A stretch of 64,000 nucleotides of DNA from Sphingomonadales bacterium (GTDB taxonomy: Bacteria > Pseudomonadota > Alphaproteobacteria > CAZZKF01), in the NCBI GenBank assembly GCA_046756385.1, contig JBHHWG010000003.1, forward strand, positions 6,298-70,297, written 5' to 3'. Each line of letters opens with the position of its first letter. Position 1 is the stretch's first letter. The notes beneath the pieces were generated by a model. It did no database searches, was not told where the DNA came from, and worked only from the letters and a program-made list of their open reading frames with translations. Below are positions 1-10,863 of the stretch, in pieces. Position numbers and translations under genes: made by a program.

Positions 1-1
1 C

Positions 2-2521
2 GACACGGACTGGGATTCGGAGGCCTACCTCACTGTTTCCGGCCAGAACTCAAATAATTCGGTTCGGATCTCCGACGATTTCATGCGCGCGGTCAGGGAT
101 GACAGCGACTGGGACCTGATCCGTCGCACGGATGGCAAGGTGGCCAGGACCGTGCGGGCCAAGGAACTTTGGGGGCAGATCGGTCACGCCGCGTGGTCGT
201 CGGCGGATCCGGGCTTGCAGTACCACACCACGATCAACGACTGGCACACCTGCCCGACCTCGGGACCGATTCGGGCATCGAACCCCTGTTCGGAATATAT
301 GTTCCTCGACGACACCGCGTGCAATCTGGCGTCGCTCAATCTGATGGCGTTCCGTCAGGCGGACGGCAGCTTTGATACTGCCTCGTTCGAACATGCCGTG
401 CGCCTGTGGACCATCGTGCTTGAAATTTCCGTGCTGATGGCCCAGTTCCCTTCCCCCCGCATTGCCGAGTTGAGCTATCAATATCGGACATTGGGCCTGG
501 GCTACGCCAATATCGGTGGTTTGCTGATGGCGTCGGGCCGGTCTTATGACAGCGATCAGGGCCGGGCCATGGCCGGCGCCATTACCGCGCTGATGACCGG
601 CGTCGCTTATGCAACGTCAGCGGAAATGGCGGGTGAGCTCGGTGCGTTCCCGGGCTATGGGGACAATGCCGAGCATATGTTGCGTGTGATCCGCAATCAC
701 CGGCGCGCCGCCCACGGCGCCGCGGATGGGTATGAGGGCCTCGCCACAAATCCGGTCGCGCTCGACATCGCCAACTGCCCCGACCGGGAGTTGACCGCCG
801 CCGTCGCCAAGGCCTGGGACCTCGCCCTGAAGACAGGTGAGCAACACGGGTTCCGCAACGCCCAGGCGACTGTAATTGCCCCGACCGGCACCATCGGTCT
901 CGTGATGGACTGCGACACGACCGGCATCGAGCCCGACTTCGCGCTTGTTAAATTCAAGAAGCTGGCCGGCGGCGGATACTTCAAAATCATCAACCGCACC
1001 GTTCCCGATGCCTTGGACAAGCTTGGTTATGACGAGGCGGCGATCAAGGAAATCGTTGATTATGCCGTCGGCCACGGAACGCTCGCCGGCGCCCCCGGCG
1101 TCAATCACGACACGCTCCGGGCGAAGGGATTCCACCAAGCTCAAATTGATGCGCTGGAGGAAGCGCTGGCAAGTGCGTTCGACATCAAGTTTGCGTTCAA
1201 CAAGTGGACCCTGGGCGCGGAATTCTGCACCAGCGGCCTGGGCTTTTCCGACGAGCAGCTTAACGATGTGACGTTTGACATGCTCAAAGCCCTGGGATTT
1301 TCCGGGAAGGAGGTCGACGCCGCCAATGTTTATTGCTGCGGCGCCATGACGCTGGAGGGCGCACCGAATATCAAGGACAAGCATCTGCCGGTTTTTGACT
1401 GCGCCAGTCCCTGCGGCCGCATCGGCAAGCGCTACCTTTCGGTCGACAGCCATATTCGCATGATGGCGGCCGCCCAGCCCTACATCTCCGGCGCTATTTC
1501 CAAGACCATCAACATGCCCAACAGCGCCACGGTGGAGGATTGCCTGAGCGCCTACATGCTGTCGTGGCGCCTGGGCCTGAAGGCGAATGCGCTCTATCGC
1601 GACGGCTCTAAACTGAGCCAACCCCTAAGCGCCATCGCTCTGGAACCCGAGGCACGTGAAGAAGAGGCAGCAAGGCAAACGCAGCCACAGGTGGTCGCCG
1701 AGCGGATTATCGAGCGAATTATCGAGCGCCCGCGCGAGGCCCATCGCAATCGAATGCCACACCGGCGCAAGGGATATACCCAGAAGGCCACGGTTGGCGG
1801 GCACAAGGTTTATCTGCGAACCGGGGAATACGACGATGGAAGCCTCGGCGAGATATTCATCGACATGCACAAGGAAGGCGCGGCGTTCCGCAGCCTGATG
1901 AACAATTTCGCCATCGCGATCTCGATCGGCCTGCAATACGGCGTGCCGCTGGAGGAATATGTCGACGCCTTCACGTTCACGAGGTTCGAGCCGTCGGGCA
2001 TGGTCGAAGGCAATGACGTCATCAAGATGGCCACTTCGCTCGTCGATTACGTGTTCCGGGAACTCGCGATTTCCTATCTGGGCAGGAACGACCTCGCCCA
2101 TGTCGAGCCGGCGGACCTTCGATTCGACACGTTGGGAGGCGGCGGCGCTGACGACCCGGAATCGGACAAACAACTCGGCGCCACCGGAGAAACCGCTTTC
2201 AAGGCGGCGATGGAGCTGGCCAGCACCGGTTACGTCCGGAGCAATCTTTATGTGTTGAACACGAAGACCAGCGAAGAAGCGCAACAAGCTGAAACCGCGT
2301 CTGCCATGGAGGCGGCACCGGTGGCGGCCGTTGCCGGCGGGGCAAGGGTCGCCACTGTTTCCGCCTCCGGCGGCGGGAGCATTACGGTGGACCAGGTTCG
2401 GGTCGCGCGAATGAAAGGTTACGAAGGCGATCCTTGCGGCGAGTGCGGCAATTTCACTCTGGTGCGAAATGGCACCTGTATGAAATGCAACACATGCGGC
2501 GCAACCAGTGGATGCTCTTGA
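2..2521 (+). CDS. nrdJ: Class II (adenosylcobalamin-dependent) ribonucleotide reductase; the 5' end lies upstream of the window
   Basis: The frame is open from position 2 ([28 protein letters not shown]...). Typical NrdJ blocks are present ([30 protein letters not shown]) and a Cys-rich C-terminal tail (CGECGNF...CMKCNTCG). Confidence 0.93.
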   Translation, partial: DTDWDSEAYLTVSGQNSNNSVRISDDFMRAVRDDSDWDLIRRTDGKVARTVRAKELWGQIGHAAWSSADPGLQYHTTINDWHTCPTSGPIRASNPCSEYMFLDDTACNLASLNLMAFRQADGSFDTASFEHAVRLWTIVLEISVLMAQFPSPRIAELSYQYRTLGLGYANIGGLLMASGRSYDSDQGRAMAGAITALMTGVAYATSAEMAGELGAFPGYGDNAEHMLRVIRNHRRAAHGAADGYEGLATNPVALDIANCPDRELTAAVAKAWDLALKTGEQHGFRNAQATVIAPTGTIGLVMDCDTTGIEPDFALVKFKKLAGGGYFKIINRTVPDALDKLGYDEAAIKEIVDYAVGHGTLAGAPGVNHDTLRAKGFHQAQIDALEEALASAFDIKFAFNKWTLGAEFCTSGLGFSDEQLNDVTFDMLKALGFSGKEVDAANVYCCGAMTLEGAPNIKDKHLPVFDCASPCGRIGKRYLSVDSHIRMMAAAQPYISGAISKTINMPNSATVEDCLSAYMLSWRLGLKANALYRDGSKLSQPLSAIALEPEAREEEAARQTQPQVVAERIIERIIERPREAHRNRMPHRRKGYTQKATVGGHKVYLRTGEYDDGSLGEIFIDMHKEGAAFRSLMNNFAIAISIGLQYGVPLEEYVDAFTFTRFEPSGMVEGNDVIKMATSLVDYVFRELAISYLGRNDLAHVEPADLRFDTLGGGGADDPESDKQLGATGETAFKAAMELASTGYVRSNLYVLNTKTSEEAQQAETASAMEAAPVAAVAGGARVATVSASGGGSITVDQVRVARMKGYEGDPCGECGNFTLVRNGTCMKCNTCGATSGCS

Positions 2522-2692
2522 GCCGATCGGGGTTTACGAATTGTTTACTGGGACGCCATTACTCTGAACATATGATTTCGCCTCTCGAGCACGTCAGTGG
2601 AGCGCCCGCACGAGCAAAAGTAATTTGGTTTGTGGGTGGTTAACCGGACTTTCGGTCATATTGCGAAAAGATGAAGAATTCGGATCGGTCTG

Positions 2693-4489
2693 ATGGTTCA
2701 AGCAGTTGTTGAAAGCGAAAGTGTGCCAGACGACGACTCGCAATCGTCAGAAGCAACCGAAGGGGCGGAACTGAGCGCGGAGGTGCTTGTCGACCACCTC
2801 CCAATCGGCATTTTTGTGGTCGAAGTATTGGAAGACGGCGGTTTTCGCTGCGCCCAAACCAACAGTATATTCAGCTCCGTTTTGCAGCTTGCCGATCCGG
2901 ATTTACTGGATTGCCTTTTCGACGATCCCGATGTGACCGCGGATATGCAGCCGTTTATCGACCATCTCGAGTCATGCGTCTCGTCCGAACAGTCCAAGGT
3001 TTTCGAGTGGTCGCGCCAGCTTGACCGGGAGATCACCTTTTTGGAGTGTCACGTCGTTCCTGTCGCCGATGATGACGGCACGGTACGGCGAGTCGTGGGC
3101 ACAGTCGCCGACCGGACTCTTCAACGTCGATCGGAACGCCAGTTACTCCATGATGCGCTTCACGACAATTTGACGAGCCTGCCCAACAGGGGACTGTTTA
3201 TCGACCGGCTGGAGCGCGCCAGCCTTGACGCCGTAAATTCCCCAACAAGAGTTTTCGGTCTTCTTCTGATCAATATCGACCGCCTTAAGATAGTCAACGA
3301 AAGCCTGGGCCATTTGGCAGGCGACGAACTCCTGATCGCGGTGGCTTTGCGACTTCAAAAATGCGTACGCCCGGAAGACACTCTCGCCCGTCTCGGCGGC
3401 GATGAATTCGCGCTGCTGCTTGACAACATTGAAAGTGCCGGGGAAGCGCGTGCTGTCGCCGAGATGATCCACAAGCGCATGCGCGTGCCGTTAAACCTTG
3501 GCGGCGCCGAGGTCTTTGTGTCGTTGAGCATTGGAATCGCCGAGCGGCACGGTGGCGACACCGACATCGAATCGCTGATGAGCGACGCCAGCTTGGCGTT
3601 GGGTAAAGCGAAAACCGCCGGCAAGTCCAGGACCGAGGTTTACACCCACGACATCAAACAGCGCCCGAAATCGCTGCTGCAACTGGAAACCGATTTGCGT
3701 CGCGCCATAGCCCGCGAGGAGTTCGAACTCTATTATCAACCGCTCATCTCAATGGCGGACGGCAGGATTTCGGGATTCGAGGCGCTCTGTCGTTGGAATC
3801 ATCCCGACCGCGGCTTGATCATGCCGGGCGAATTCATTCCGCTGGCCGAGGAAACGGGCTTGATTTTGGACCTCGGCAGATGGACGCTGTGGGTGGCCTG
3901 CAAACAACAGAAGGAGTGGATGGACCAGCACCCCACATACCGCGACACGACAATCAGCGTCAACGTTTCCAGCCTTCAGTTCAACAGCGACATGTTAGTC
4001 TCGGACACCAGGGACATGCTCGCCCAGTGCGGGATCGGCGGCGCCAATCTCAAGCTCGAAATCACGGAAAGCGTGATCATGGAGAAACCGGATTTGGCGA
4101 CTTTGGTTCTCAATGAACTAAGAACCATGAACATAAAGTTCGCTGTCGACGATTTCGGCACCGGCTATTCGTCGCTTAGCTATCTCAACCGATTCCCCAT
4201 CGATACGCTCAAGATCGACCGCTCCTTCGTCAAGGACATGCACGAATCCGAGGAGAGTTACAAAATTGTGCAGATTTTGGCGTCACTGGCCGCCACCCTG
4301 GATCTGACATTGGTAGCCGAAGGAGTGGAAACAGTGCGCCAGCTCGCGGACCTTCAGAAGCTGGGCTGCAACATCGGCCAGGGATTCCTGTTCTCCCGTC
4401 CAGTACCCGCGGCCGAGGCCGAGAAATTCCTTCGCGACCCCCTGATCGTGGTCCCTTCCACGCCCAAGGAACAGGCAGCATCCTGCTAG
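2693..4489 (+). CDS. GGDEF-EAL domain protein (c-di-GMP diguanylate cyclase/phosphodiesterase) with an N-terminal PAS-like sensor region
   Basis: Carries the GGDEF motif (RLGGDEFALLL), the EAL motif (GFEALCRWNHP), and DDFGTGYSSLSYL and QGFLFSRP blocks typical of EAL domains. Confidence 0.9.
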   Translation: MVQAVVESESVPDDDSQSSEATEGAELSAEVLVDHLPIGIFVVEVLEDGGFRCAQTNSIFSSVLQLADPDLLDCLFDDPDVTADMQPFIDHLESCVSSEQSKVFEWSRQLDREITFLECHVVPVADDDGTVRRVVGTVADRTLQRRSERQLLHDALHDNLTSLPNRGLFIDRLERASLDAVNSPTRVFGLLLINIDRLKIVNESLGHLAGDELLIAVALRLQKCVRPEDTLARLGGDEFALLLDNIESAGEARAVAEMIHKRMRVPLNLGGAEVFVSLSIGIAERHGGDTDIESLMSDASLALGKAKTAGKSRTEVYTHDIKQRPKSLLQLETDLRRAIAREEFELYYQPLISMADGRISGFEALCRWNHPDRGLIMPGEFIPLAEETGLILDLGRWTLWVACKQQKEWMDQHPTYRDTTISVNVSSLQFNSDMLVSDTRDMLAQCGIGGANLKLEITESVIMEKPDLATLVLNELRTMNIKFAVDDFGTGYSSLSYLNRFPIDTLKIDRSFVKDMHESEESYKIVQILASLAATLDLTLVAEGVETVRQLADLQKLGCNIGQGFLFSRPVPAAEAEKFLRDPLIVVPSTPKEQAASC

Positions 4490-4592
4490 AATTTTCTGTG
4501 AATTCATTATGATGAACAGGCATGATATAATGCCTTTGCGTTAATTATGAGCCGCATGTGCCGATAAATGAAAATTAAATCGGAGAACAGCA

Positions 4593-5015
4593 ATGACGTC
4601 GCCAGCCAAGACCAGGGATGATGCCACGGATAGCAAGACGGCCCACTGGCTTAGAATATTACCGCTCATCTTTTTCGGCATCATTGCCTGGTTAATGCTC
4701 ATCGCTTCATATTTCATGGCCGCGGTTCAATTTATTGTCGTAATCGTGACCGACGAACCAAACGCCCAGCTTCGCGACTTTGCGGCACGAATCGGAAGTT
4801 TCGTGCATGAGCTGATCGACTACCTCCTGTATCGAACGGATCAAATGCCTTTCCCGTTCGCCCCGTTCCCTGACGGCGAGTCGGCCCCAACGCCCAAACA
4901 GCCCCGCGCAAAACCGGCCAGCCGGCCCAAAGCCACGAAGACCGCTAAGCCAGCAAAGGCCCCGAAGGCCGCCAAGGAAGCTGAAATCGACGAGGAAAAC
5001 AAAGAAACCTCCTAG
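4593..5015 (+). CDS. Small membrane protein, DUF4389-like, with a Lys/Ala/Pro-rich C-terminal tail
   Basis: GGAGAA lies upstream of the ATG (six intervening nt). Two hydrophobic segments are followed by a ...DEPNAQLRDF...PFPF block that I recall as DUF4389-like. The tail is PKQPRAKPASRPKATKTAKPAKAPKAAKEA. Confidence 0.65.
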   Translation: MTSPAKTRDDATDSKTAHWLRILPLIFFGIIAWLMLIASYFMAAVQFIVVIVTDEPNAQLRDFAARIGSFVHELIDYLLYRTDQMPFPFAPFPDGESAPTPKQPRAKPASRPKATKTAKPAKAPKAAKEAEIDEENKETS

Positions 5016-7150
5016 TGGTGCAAATCAGACATATGGTCTGGGCCGCGGTCGGCGCCGTCACGGTCGTCGCGGGCTATTTGGCGTTTCGCCCGCCTGGAAC
5101 AGACGAGCCGGCGATCGACGCGAGGATGGAAAACGCACGAATCGGCGACGCCGATCAAGAACCCCACAACTGGCTCGCCCACGGGCGCACCTTTGGCGAG
5201 CAGCGTTTCAGCCCGCTTCAAGAGATCAATGACGGCAATGTTGGTCGGCTCGCACTCGCCTGGCATTACGATTTGCCAACCCGCCGCGGACTGGAGGCGA
5301 CGCCGATTGTTGTCGACGGCGTCATGTACACCACCGGCTCCTGGAGCATGGTCCATGCCCTCGACGCCCGGACCGGCGCGCTCTTATGGTCGTGGGACCC
5401 CGAGGTGCCGAGGGCGTGGGCCCGATATCTGTGCTGCGACGTCGTCAATCGAGGCCCGGCGGTTTGGCGGGACAAGGTCTTTGTGGCCACCCTCGACGGC
5501 CGCCTGGTCGCACTTGAGGCCAGGACCGGGAACGTCGTCTGGACCGTACAGACCACGCCGCGCGATCGCCCTTACAGCATTACCGGCGCGCCCCGCGTAA
5601 TCAACGGCCGGGTCGTAATCGGCAATGGCGGGGCCGAATATGGCGTGCGCGGCTACGTCACCGCCTATGATGCCGAGACCGGGACCCAGGCCTGGCGCTT
5701 CTACACGGTTCCCGGCGACCCTTCTCAACCCTATGAATCCCCGGCAATGGAAATGGCCGCCAAGACCTGGACCGGCGATATGTATTGGCGCACCGGCGGC
5801 GGCGGCACCGCCTGGGATTCCATGGCGTTCGACCCCGACTTGAATCTGCTTTATGTCGGTGTCGGAAACGGTTCGCCCTGGAGCCGCGAAATCCGAAGCC
5901 CCGACGGCGGAGACAACCTTTTCCTGTCCTCGATCGTCGCTCTTGACGCCGATAGCGGCAAGCGGGTCTGGCATTATCAGACAACCCCGGGCGACAATTG
6001 GGATTATACCGCGACCCAGCATATCATCCTGGCCGATTTGAATATCCGCGGCTCTCTGCGCAAGGTCCTGATGCAGGCGCCCAAGAACGGCTTTTTCTAT
6101 GTTCTTGACCGAGCCACGGGCGAGTTGCTGTCGGCCGAACCCTACGTTCATGTTTCCTGGGCCAGCCATGTCGACCGGGAGACCGGCCGCCCCGTTGAAA
6201 ATCCGGCGGCGAGTTACGCGAACCGGCCGGCGCTGGTGTATCCGGGACCAATCGGCGGCCATAATTGGCAACCCATGGCCTTTCACCCGAAAACCGGGCT
6301 GGTTTATATCCCGGCGATGGATGTGCCATTCGTGTATGGCAAGGACAACGATTTCCGATACCGCAATTTCACCTGGAACTATGGCGTCGACATGCATCTC
6401 AGCGCCCCGCCCGAGGACCCGAGGGAGGAGGCGCGAATCCGGGCCATGTTGCAAGGCCGCCTCGCCGCCTGGGACCCGATCAATCAACGTGAGGTGTGGC
6501 GGGTCACCCATCGCGGACCCTGGAATGGCGGCGTCGTCGCAACCGCCGGTAATCTGGTCTTTCAGGGCGCCGGCGACGGACGGCTGGTGGCCTACCGGGC
6601 TGACACCGGTGAACGATTGTGGCAGGCGACAACCCAGACCGGGATCGTCGCGGCGCCCATGACTTACGCGGTAGGTGGCGAGCAATATATCGCCGTGATG
6701 GCCGGCTGGGGCGGGATCGCCCCCCTCGTGATGGGGCCGGGCGCCGCCGGTGTCAAAATCCGAAACATCAGCCGCGTTCTGGCGTACAAGCTTGACGGCA
6801 CGGACGAATTGCCCCCGATACCGGCCGAGCCGGAGCCGCCCGTCGCGCCCGCGCTGAACGCCTCTAAAAAGGTGATAGCGCTCGGAAGAAAGCTCTTCCA
6901 CTTAAGTTGCAGCAACTGCCATGGCGCCGGCGTGGTTGGCGGTGGCGTCATCTCGGATCTGCGTCACATGGACGCCGAAACGCGCACCGCCTTCAAGGAC
7001 ATCGTGCTTGGCGGCATCCTGGAAGACAACGGCATGGCCTCGTTCGCCGATATGTATGACGAGACCGAGGTCGAGGCCATCCTTGCCTATATCGTCAAGC
7101 GTGCCCGTGATGCGCAACTGGCGGCCTCGGAAAACGAGCCGCGCGATTAA
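5015..7150 (+). CDS. PQQ-dependent (quinohemoprotein, type II) alcohol dehydrogenase with a C-terminal cytochrome c domain
   Basis: Shows the vicinal Cys pair (YLCCDVVNRG), repeated beta-propeller W-motifs and the C-terminal heme-binding CSNCHG. The start is GTG 5015 (1-nt overlap with the upstream stop) or ATG 5033. Confidence 0.9.
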   Translation: MVQIRHMVWAAVGAVTVVAGYLAFRPPGTDEPAIDARMENARIGDADQEPHNWLAHGRTFGEQRFSPLQEINDGNVGRLALAWHYDLPTRRGLEATPIVVDGVMYTTGSWSMVHALDARTGALLWSWDPEVPRAWARYLCCDVVNRGPAVWRDKVFVATLDGRLVALEARTGNVVWTVQTTPRDRPYSITGAPRVINGRVVIGNGGAEYGVRGYVTAYDAETGTQAWRFYTVPGDPSQPYESPAMEMAAKTWTGDMYWRTGGGGTAWDSMAFDPDLNLLYVGVGNGSPWSREIRSPDGGDNLFLSSIVALDADSGKRVWHYQTTPGDNWDYTATQHIILADLNIRGSLRKVLMQAPKNGFFYVLDRATGELLSAEPYVHVSWASHVDRETGRPVENPAASYANRPALVYPGPIGGHNWQPMAFHPKTGLVYIPAMDVPFVYGKDNDFRYRNFTWNYGVDMHLSAPPEDPREEARIRAMLQGRLAAWDPINQREVWRVTHRGPWNGGVVATAGNLVFQGAGDGRLVAYRADTGERLWQATTQTGIVAAPMTYAVGGEQYIAVMAGWGGIAPLVMGPGAAGVKIRNISRVLAYKLDGTDELPPIPAEPEPPVAPALNASKKVIALGRKLFHLSCSNCHGAGVVGGGVISDLRHMDAETRTAFKDIVLGGILEDNGMASFADMYDETEVEAILAYIVKRARDAQLAASENEPRD

Positions 7151-8304
7151 TCAGACACACCGAGGTCCTTGAACAGTGCCTCGATGCGGCGTGCATTGCC
7201 GTCCCAGGTGTAATCGTTCTCGGATATCGCCCGCCCGGCCGAAGCCCCCAGGCGTGTCCGCAAGGCCCCGTCCGCGCACAGACGGCCAAGGGCCTGCTCG
7301 AAGGAGCCATCGGTATCGGGATCGAACAGCACAGCATTGTCGCCGTCAACCAGCACTTCCCGGATATTATCCCGCGCCGGCGCCAGAATGGCCCGTTCCA
7401 TCGCCATATATTCGAACAGCTTCAAGGGTGAGGCGTAGGGCGCGACATCGGGCTGCAAGGCGATATCGAACGCCGCGATGTAACGGGCAATGTCGGTGCG
7501 CGCCACAATGCCGGGGAAAGTCACGCGCTCGGTAATTTCCAGCGCTTTCGCCAATTCTTCCAGCCCTTCCCGCGCCGGCCCGTCGCCGACCGCCAGAAAA
7601 TGCAACCGCGGTCGAGGATCAGACGCGGCGATAAATTCGAGCACCCGATCAAGCCCGTGCCACGGCCGCATGAACCCGGTAAAGCCCAACACCAGTTGCC
7701 CGTCGAGCCCGAGGCGGGCTTTTGCCGTCTCGCCAGTGCCGGGAGCCTCGAACTCCGCCCGGTTGATGCCATTGGGCATGACCCTGATCCGATCCTCCGG
7801 CACCCCCGCCGCGTTGACATATCGTCCAAGCACTGCCGTCACCGGCAACGCAAGATCGGCCCCGCGCCACGCAAACTTCTCGGACCACGTCGCAAGCCTG
7901 GCCAGCGAAAGACCGTCGAACCGCCCACGCTCTTGCGCGAGCGGCGCATTCACCTCGATCAGCATTGGCAGATGAAAGCGCCGCTTGAGCCAAACGCCCG
8001 CGGGCATGAACAGGTTATAGCGCTCGTAAAGGCAATCCGGTTCATGCTTGAGCAGGGCCCTTTTAAGACGCCGGTATGCGTGCACCGAATAGGCCAGCTC
8101 GATCAATTCATAGACGGCGCCAGGCATGTATTTCTTCAAAGTCGCAACCAGCCCGGCGCCGGCGCCGAACCGCTCGCGCTCCACTGCCGCCGGGCCGACG
8201 ATAATCAGTTCGTGACCGCGCCGCTTGAGCGCATTGGTCAGTTCCTCGATATGGACGTACTGACCGTCCTTGGAGCGAGTGCGATGATGGTAGAGAATTT
8301 TCAT
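7147..8304 (-). CDS. Glycosyltransferase family 4 (GT-B); resembles the PEP-CTERM/EpsH-associated sugar transferases
   Basis: N-terminus is MKILYHHRTRSKDGQYVHIEEL. The C-terminal GT1 region carries an E-x7-E-like block (LKLFEYMAMERAILAP). ATG 8304 overlaps the upstream stop as ATGA. The ORF track extends to 8370, but that extension overlaps the upstream gene. Confidence 0.85.
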   Translation of the reverse strand: MKILYHHRTRSKDGQYVHIEELTNALKRRGHELIIVGPAAVERERFGAGAGLVATLKKYMPGAVYELIELAYSVHAYRRLKRALLKHEPDCLYERYNLFMPAGVWLKRRFHLPMLIEVNAPLAQERGRFDGLSLARLATWSEKFAWRGADLALPVTAVLGRYVNAAGVPEDRIRVMPNGINRAEFEAPGTGETAKARLGLDGQLVLGFTGFMRPWHGLDRVLEFIAASDPRPRLHFLAVGDGPAREGLEELAKALEITERVTFPGIVARTDIARYIAAFDIALQPDVAPYASPLKLFEYMAMERAILAPARDNIREVLVDGDNAVLFDPDTDGSFEQALGRLCADGALRTRLGASAGRAISENDYTWDGNARRIEALFKDLGVSD

Positions 8305-9482
8305 GTGCCGGGCCGCTGCCCGATGATGTCGTTGAAAAGGGAGAGCTGGCCTCTCGTGGTTTGCTCCCAACTAAAGCCTTCGGCATAGGCCCGGGTCGCC
8401 TGCCGGTCCGGCAGGTTATGTGCCAACTCCCTTACCGCCCGCGTCAGCGCGGCGGGGGTGCGTTCGTCCATCAGTATTCCCGCGTCCCGGCTCGCCACCA
8501 CTTCCGGCGTGCCCCAGACATTGGAGGCGGCCACAGGGGTGCCGCAGGCCATGGCCTCCAGAAGCACATTGGCCCAGCCCTCGCGGCTCGACGCCAACAC
8601 CACGATGTCCGCTGCCGAATAAATTTCACGTAGTTGGTCATGAGGAACACGGCCCAGAAACCGAACCCGTTCCGATACGCCCAGCTTGGCCGCCAAGGCG
8701 ATCAATGCGGCTTGCTCCGGTCCCTCGCCGACAATCAGGAGATCAAATTCAGGCAACTCACACAGCGCCCGAATCACAAGATCATGGCCTTTTCTGGCAA
8801 TCAGGAGACCGACCGACAGCAGGGTCGGGCGCGTCAGCTTCAGCCGCTGGCGAGCAGCCGCCCGATTGGCGGGGCGGAACAGCTCCAAATCGACGCCATT
8901 GCGGAGCACCTTCACCCCTTCCGGCCTCACCCCCAGTTCGACCAGGACATCCTTCAGGGCCTGGCATACCGTAATGAGACCGGCGGCCCGAAGCGCCGCG
9001 CGCCGGATCAGGTGGCGCGGAATTTTGTAGCGCGGTATCAGATTAAGGTCGGTGCCGCGCGCGGTCACGGTTACCGGTTTGCCCAGCGCCTCGCCCAGCA
9101 TCACCGCCGCCACCCCCTCGGGATAGAAATAGTGGGCATCGATAAGATCAAAATCATAGCCCGAGCGTAAAATCCGGTTCAGCACCGGCTTTAGGGCATG
9201 GAACATCAGGAACGGCGCGGCCGACATTCCGAACTTGGGAAGCAATGGGAAACGAGGGTACTGGATCGATATTCCATGCCGTTCACCGCGTTGGGGGACC
9301 GCCGCGAAAGTGGCGTATTGGCCGAACATCGAATGCCGGCAGGGAAACCAGGGAATGGGCGCCACCACCCGGGACTGCACCGCGCCGTCCCGGACCAGAT
9401 GGCGCAGCCGGTTTTCCACAAACACGCCGTGATGGGGCATTTTGGCATTGGGGTACAGCGTTGAAAACGTCAATAACTTCAT
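8301..9482 (-). CDS. Glycosyltransferase family 4
   Basis: N-terminus is MKLLTFSTLYPNAKMPHHGVFVENRL. A GT1 C-terminal block is present (SREGWANVLLEAMACGTPVAASNVWGTPEV). Start and stop overlap the neighbouring genes as ATGA on both sides. Confidence 0.85.
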   Translation of the reverse strand: MKLLTFSTLYPNAKMPHHGVFVENRLRHLVRDGAVQSRVVAPIPWFPCRHSMFGQYATFAAVPQRGERHGISIQYPRFPLLPKFGMSAAPFLMFHALKPVLNRILRSGYDFDLIDAHYFYPEGVAAVMLGEALGKPVTVTARGTDLNLIPRYKIPRHLIRRAALRAAGLITVCQALKDVLVELGVRPEGVKVLRNGVDLELFRPANRAAARQRLKLTRPTLLSVGLLIARKGHDLVIRALCELPEFDLLIVGEGPEQAALIALAAKLGVSERVRFLGRVPHDQLREIYSAADIVVLASSREGWANVLLEAMACGTPVAASNVWGTPEVVASRDAGILMDERTPAALTRAVRELAHNLPDRQATRAYAEGFSWEQTTRGQLSLFNDIIGQRPGT

Positions 9483-10720
9483 GCGCTCGCCGTTATCTTG
9501 TCGCCGTCGACCGCAAGAGCTGACCGATCAGGTGGTAAAAGCCCAAGCGCTTCACCGTAACTTTGGAACATCCGCGCTTGATCGTAATGCGCCCGAACAT
9601 GCCGGGTATTGGCGCGCCCAATGCGCTCGCGCAGCGTTCGGTCCGCAAGCAGGCGGCTCAGATTGGCGGCAAGCCCGGCGCCATCGCCCGCCGCCGCGAT
9701 CAGGGGGCGATTTTCAGGCGACACCACATCACCGACATCACCGACCCGCAAACCGGCGACCGGCTTGCCCGCCGCCATCGCCTGGAGCACGGTATTGGGC
9801 ATTTGCTCGGTATCCGATGACAGGGCATGAATATCGAACCAGCCGATAACCTGTTCCGGCGCCTCGACATGCCCGGCCAGAATCACCTTGTCGGCGATGT
9901 CGAGGACCTGGATTTCAGTCTCCAGGGACGCCCGTTCCGGCCCGTCACCCACGATCAACAGCCGCACTGGCCTGTGGCGGTCAAGACGCGAAAACGCCCG
10001 CACCAGCCGAGGCAGATTTTTCTCCCGCCGCAACGGCGCGATGGTGCCGACAATCAGTTCACCGGCTCGCTTTTCAAAGCCGGGGGCCGCCCCCGCCGTC
10101 GGCTCCTGGCCAAATTTGTCGCAATCGACCCCGTTAGGAATGTGAACCACTTTTTCAGGGCCGAGGCGCCATATCCGGGTCGCGATATCGACAAGCGTGC
10201 GCGATGGTACGATTAATCTGGAAATATTCCTCAACGCAATGCGACGCATCCAGACCCGTCTGGGAACCTGGCGCAGCGCTTCCTCGACGCCGAAGCCGCT
10301 TTCCAGATGAATGTGCCGGCACAGGGGCCGAAACCGGTTGGCCAGCGCCCATTCGATGGCGCCCCAGTTATAGGTCAACAACAGATCGGGCCGGCGCGTC
10401 CGCAACAGATGGCGGATAGCACGGTGCCGTGACGGTAAACTGAGCCCTGAGCAGCCGGGGTCGATGAACTCAGCCGCGCACGTCTCGGCAAGCCGCGTCC
10501 GGGCGCCGAAATTTCCGTCAAGAGCAACGATGGTGTGACGATTGAGGTCTCCGAGGTGGTTCAAAATGGACGCCATGCGAACCTGAACACCGCCAACGGC
10601 AAAGGTTGGGAACACATGCAGAAGGTGTGGCCCCCTCCCGTGCTCAAGGTTTGCAGCCTTTTCCCCGTGAAGCGGCTTGGTTCTGGAAGCCATCGCTACC
10701 TGTCCCGGCCCTGGCGGCAC
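9479..10720 (-). CDS. Glycosyltransferase family 4; first gene of the three-gene GT operon
   Basis: Carries HLLHVFPTFAVGGVQ and a GT1 C-terminal block (SDTEQMPNTVLQAMAAGKPVAGLRVGDVGDVV). An alternative start at Met10 (10693) is possible. Confidence 0.82.
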   Translation of the reverse strand: MPPGPGQVAMASRTKPLHGEKAANLEHGRGPHLLHVFPTFAVGGVQVRMASILNHLGDLNRHTIVALDGNFGARTRLAETCAAEFIDPGCSGLSLPSRHRAIRHLLRTRRPDLLLTYNWGAIEWALANRFRPLCRHIHLESGFGVEEALRQVPRRVWMRRIALRNISRLIVPSRTLVDIATRIWRLGPEKVVHIPNGVDCDKFGQEPTAGAAPGFEKRAGELIVGTIAPLRREKNLPRLVRAFSRLDRHRPVRLLIVGDGPERASLETEIQVLDIADKVILAGHVEAPEQVIGWFDIHALSSDTEQMPNTVLQAMAAGKPVAGLRVGDVGDVVSPENRPLIAAAGDGAGLAANLSRLLADRTLRERIGRANTRHVRAHYDQARMFQSYGEALGLLPPDRSALAVDGDKITASA

Positions 10721-10863
10721 GCCTGTCCATTCTGACGATGCGCTTAGATGTTTCGGTTAGTCATTCTCCGCGGAGCATGCGATTTTGATATACATTCCAT
10801 TACTATTCCACAACTCGACGCGATCCCCAACACCATGATGGCCGGGCCATCGCCTCGGCCCGC

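Noticed and set aside
617-1621. Long antisense or shadow ORFs opposite well-supported genes. This one is an example; others are 5384-6901, 27069-28022, 37695-38648, 48308-49264, 49601-50665, 51896-53074, 53373-54413, 55872-57128 and 56929-58257.
   Set aside because: Their translations are Arg/Gly/Pro/Ala-rich with no recognisable motifs. Each lies fully inside a gene with strong family signatures on the other strand. This is typical stop-codon-poor shadow framing in GC-rich DNA.
1700-1729. 12-nt tandem repeat (GAGCGGATTATC GAGCGAATTATC GAGCGC) encoding [10 protein letters not shown] inside nrdJ.
   Set aside because: It has only two and a half copies, is in frame, and lies in a variable linker of the protein. 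This is a minor slippage footprint rather than a feature.
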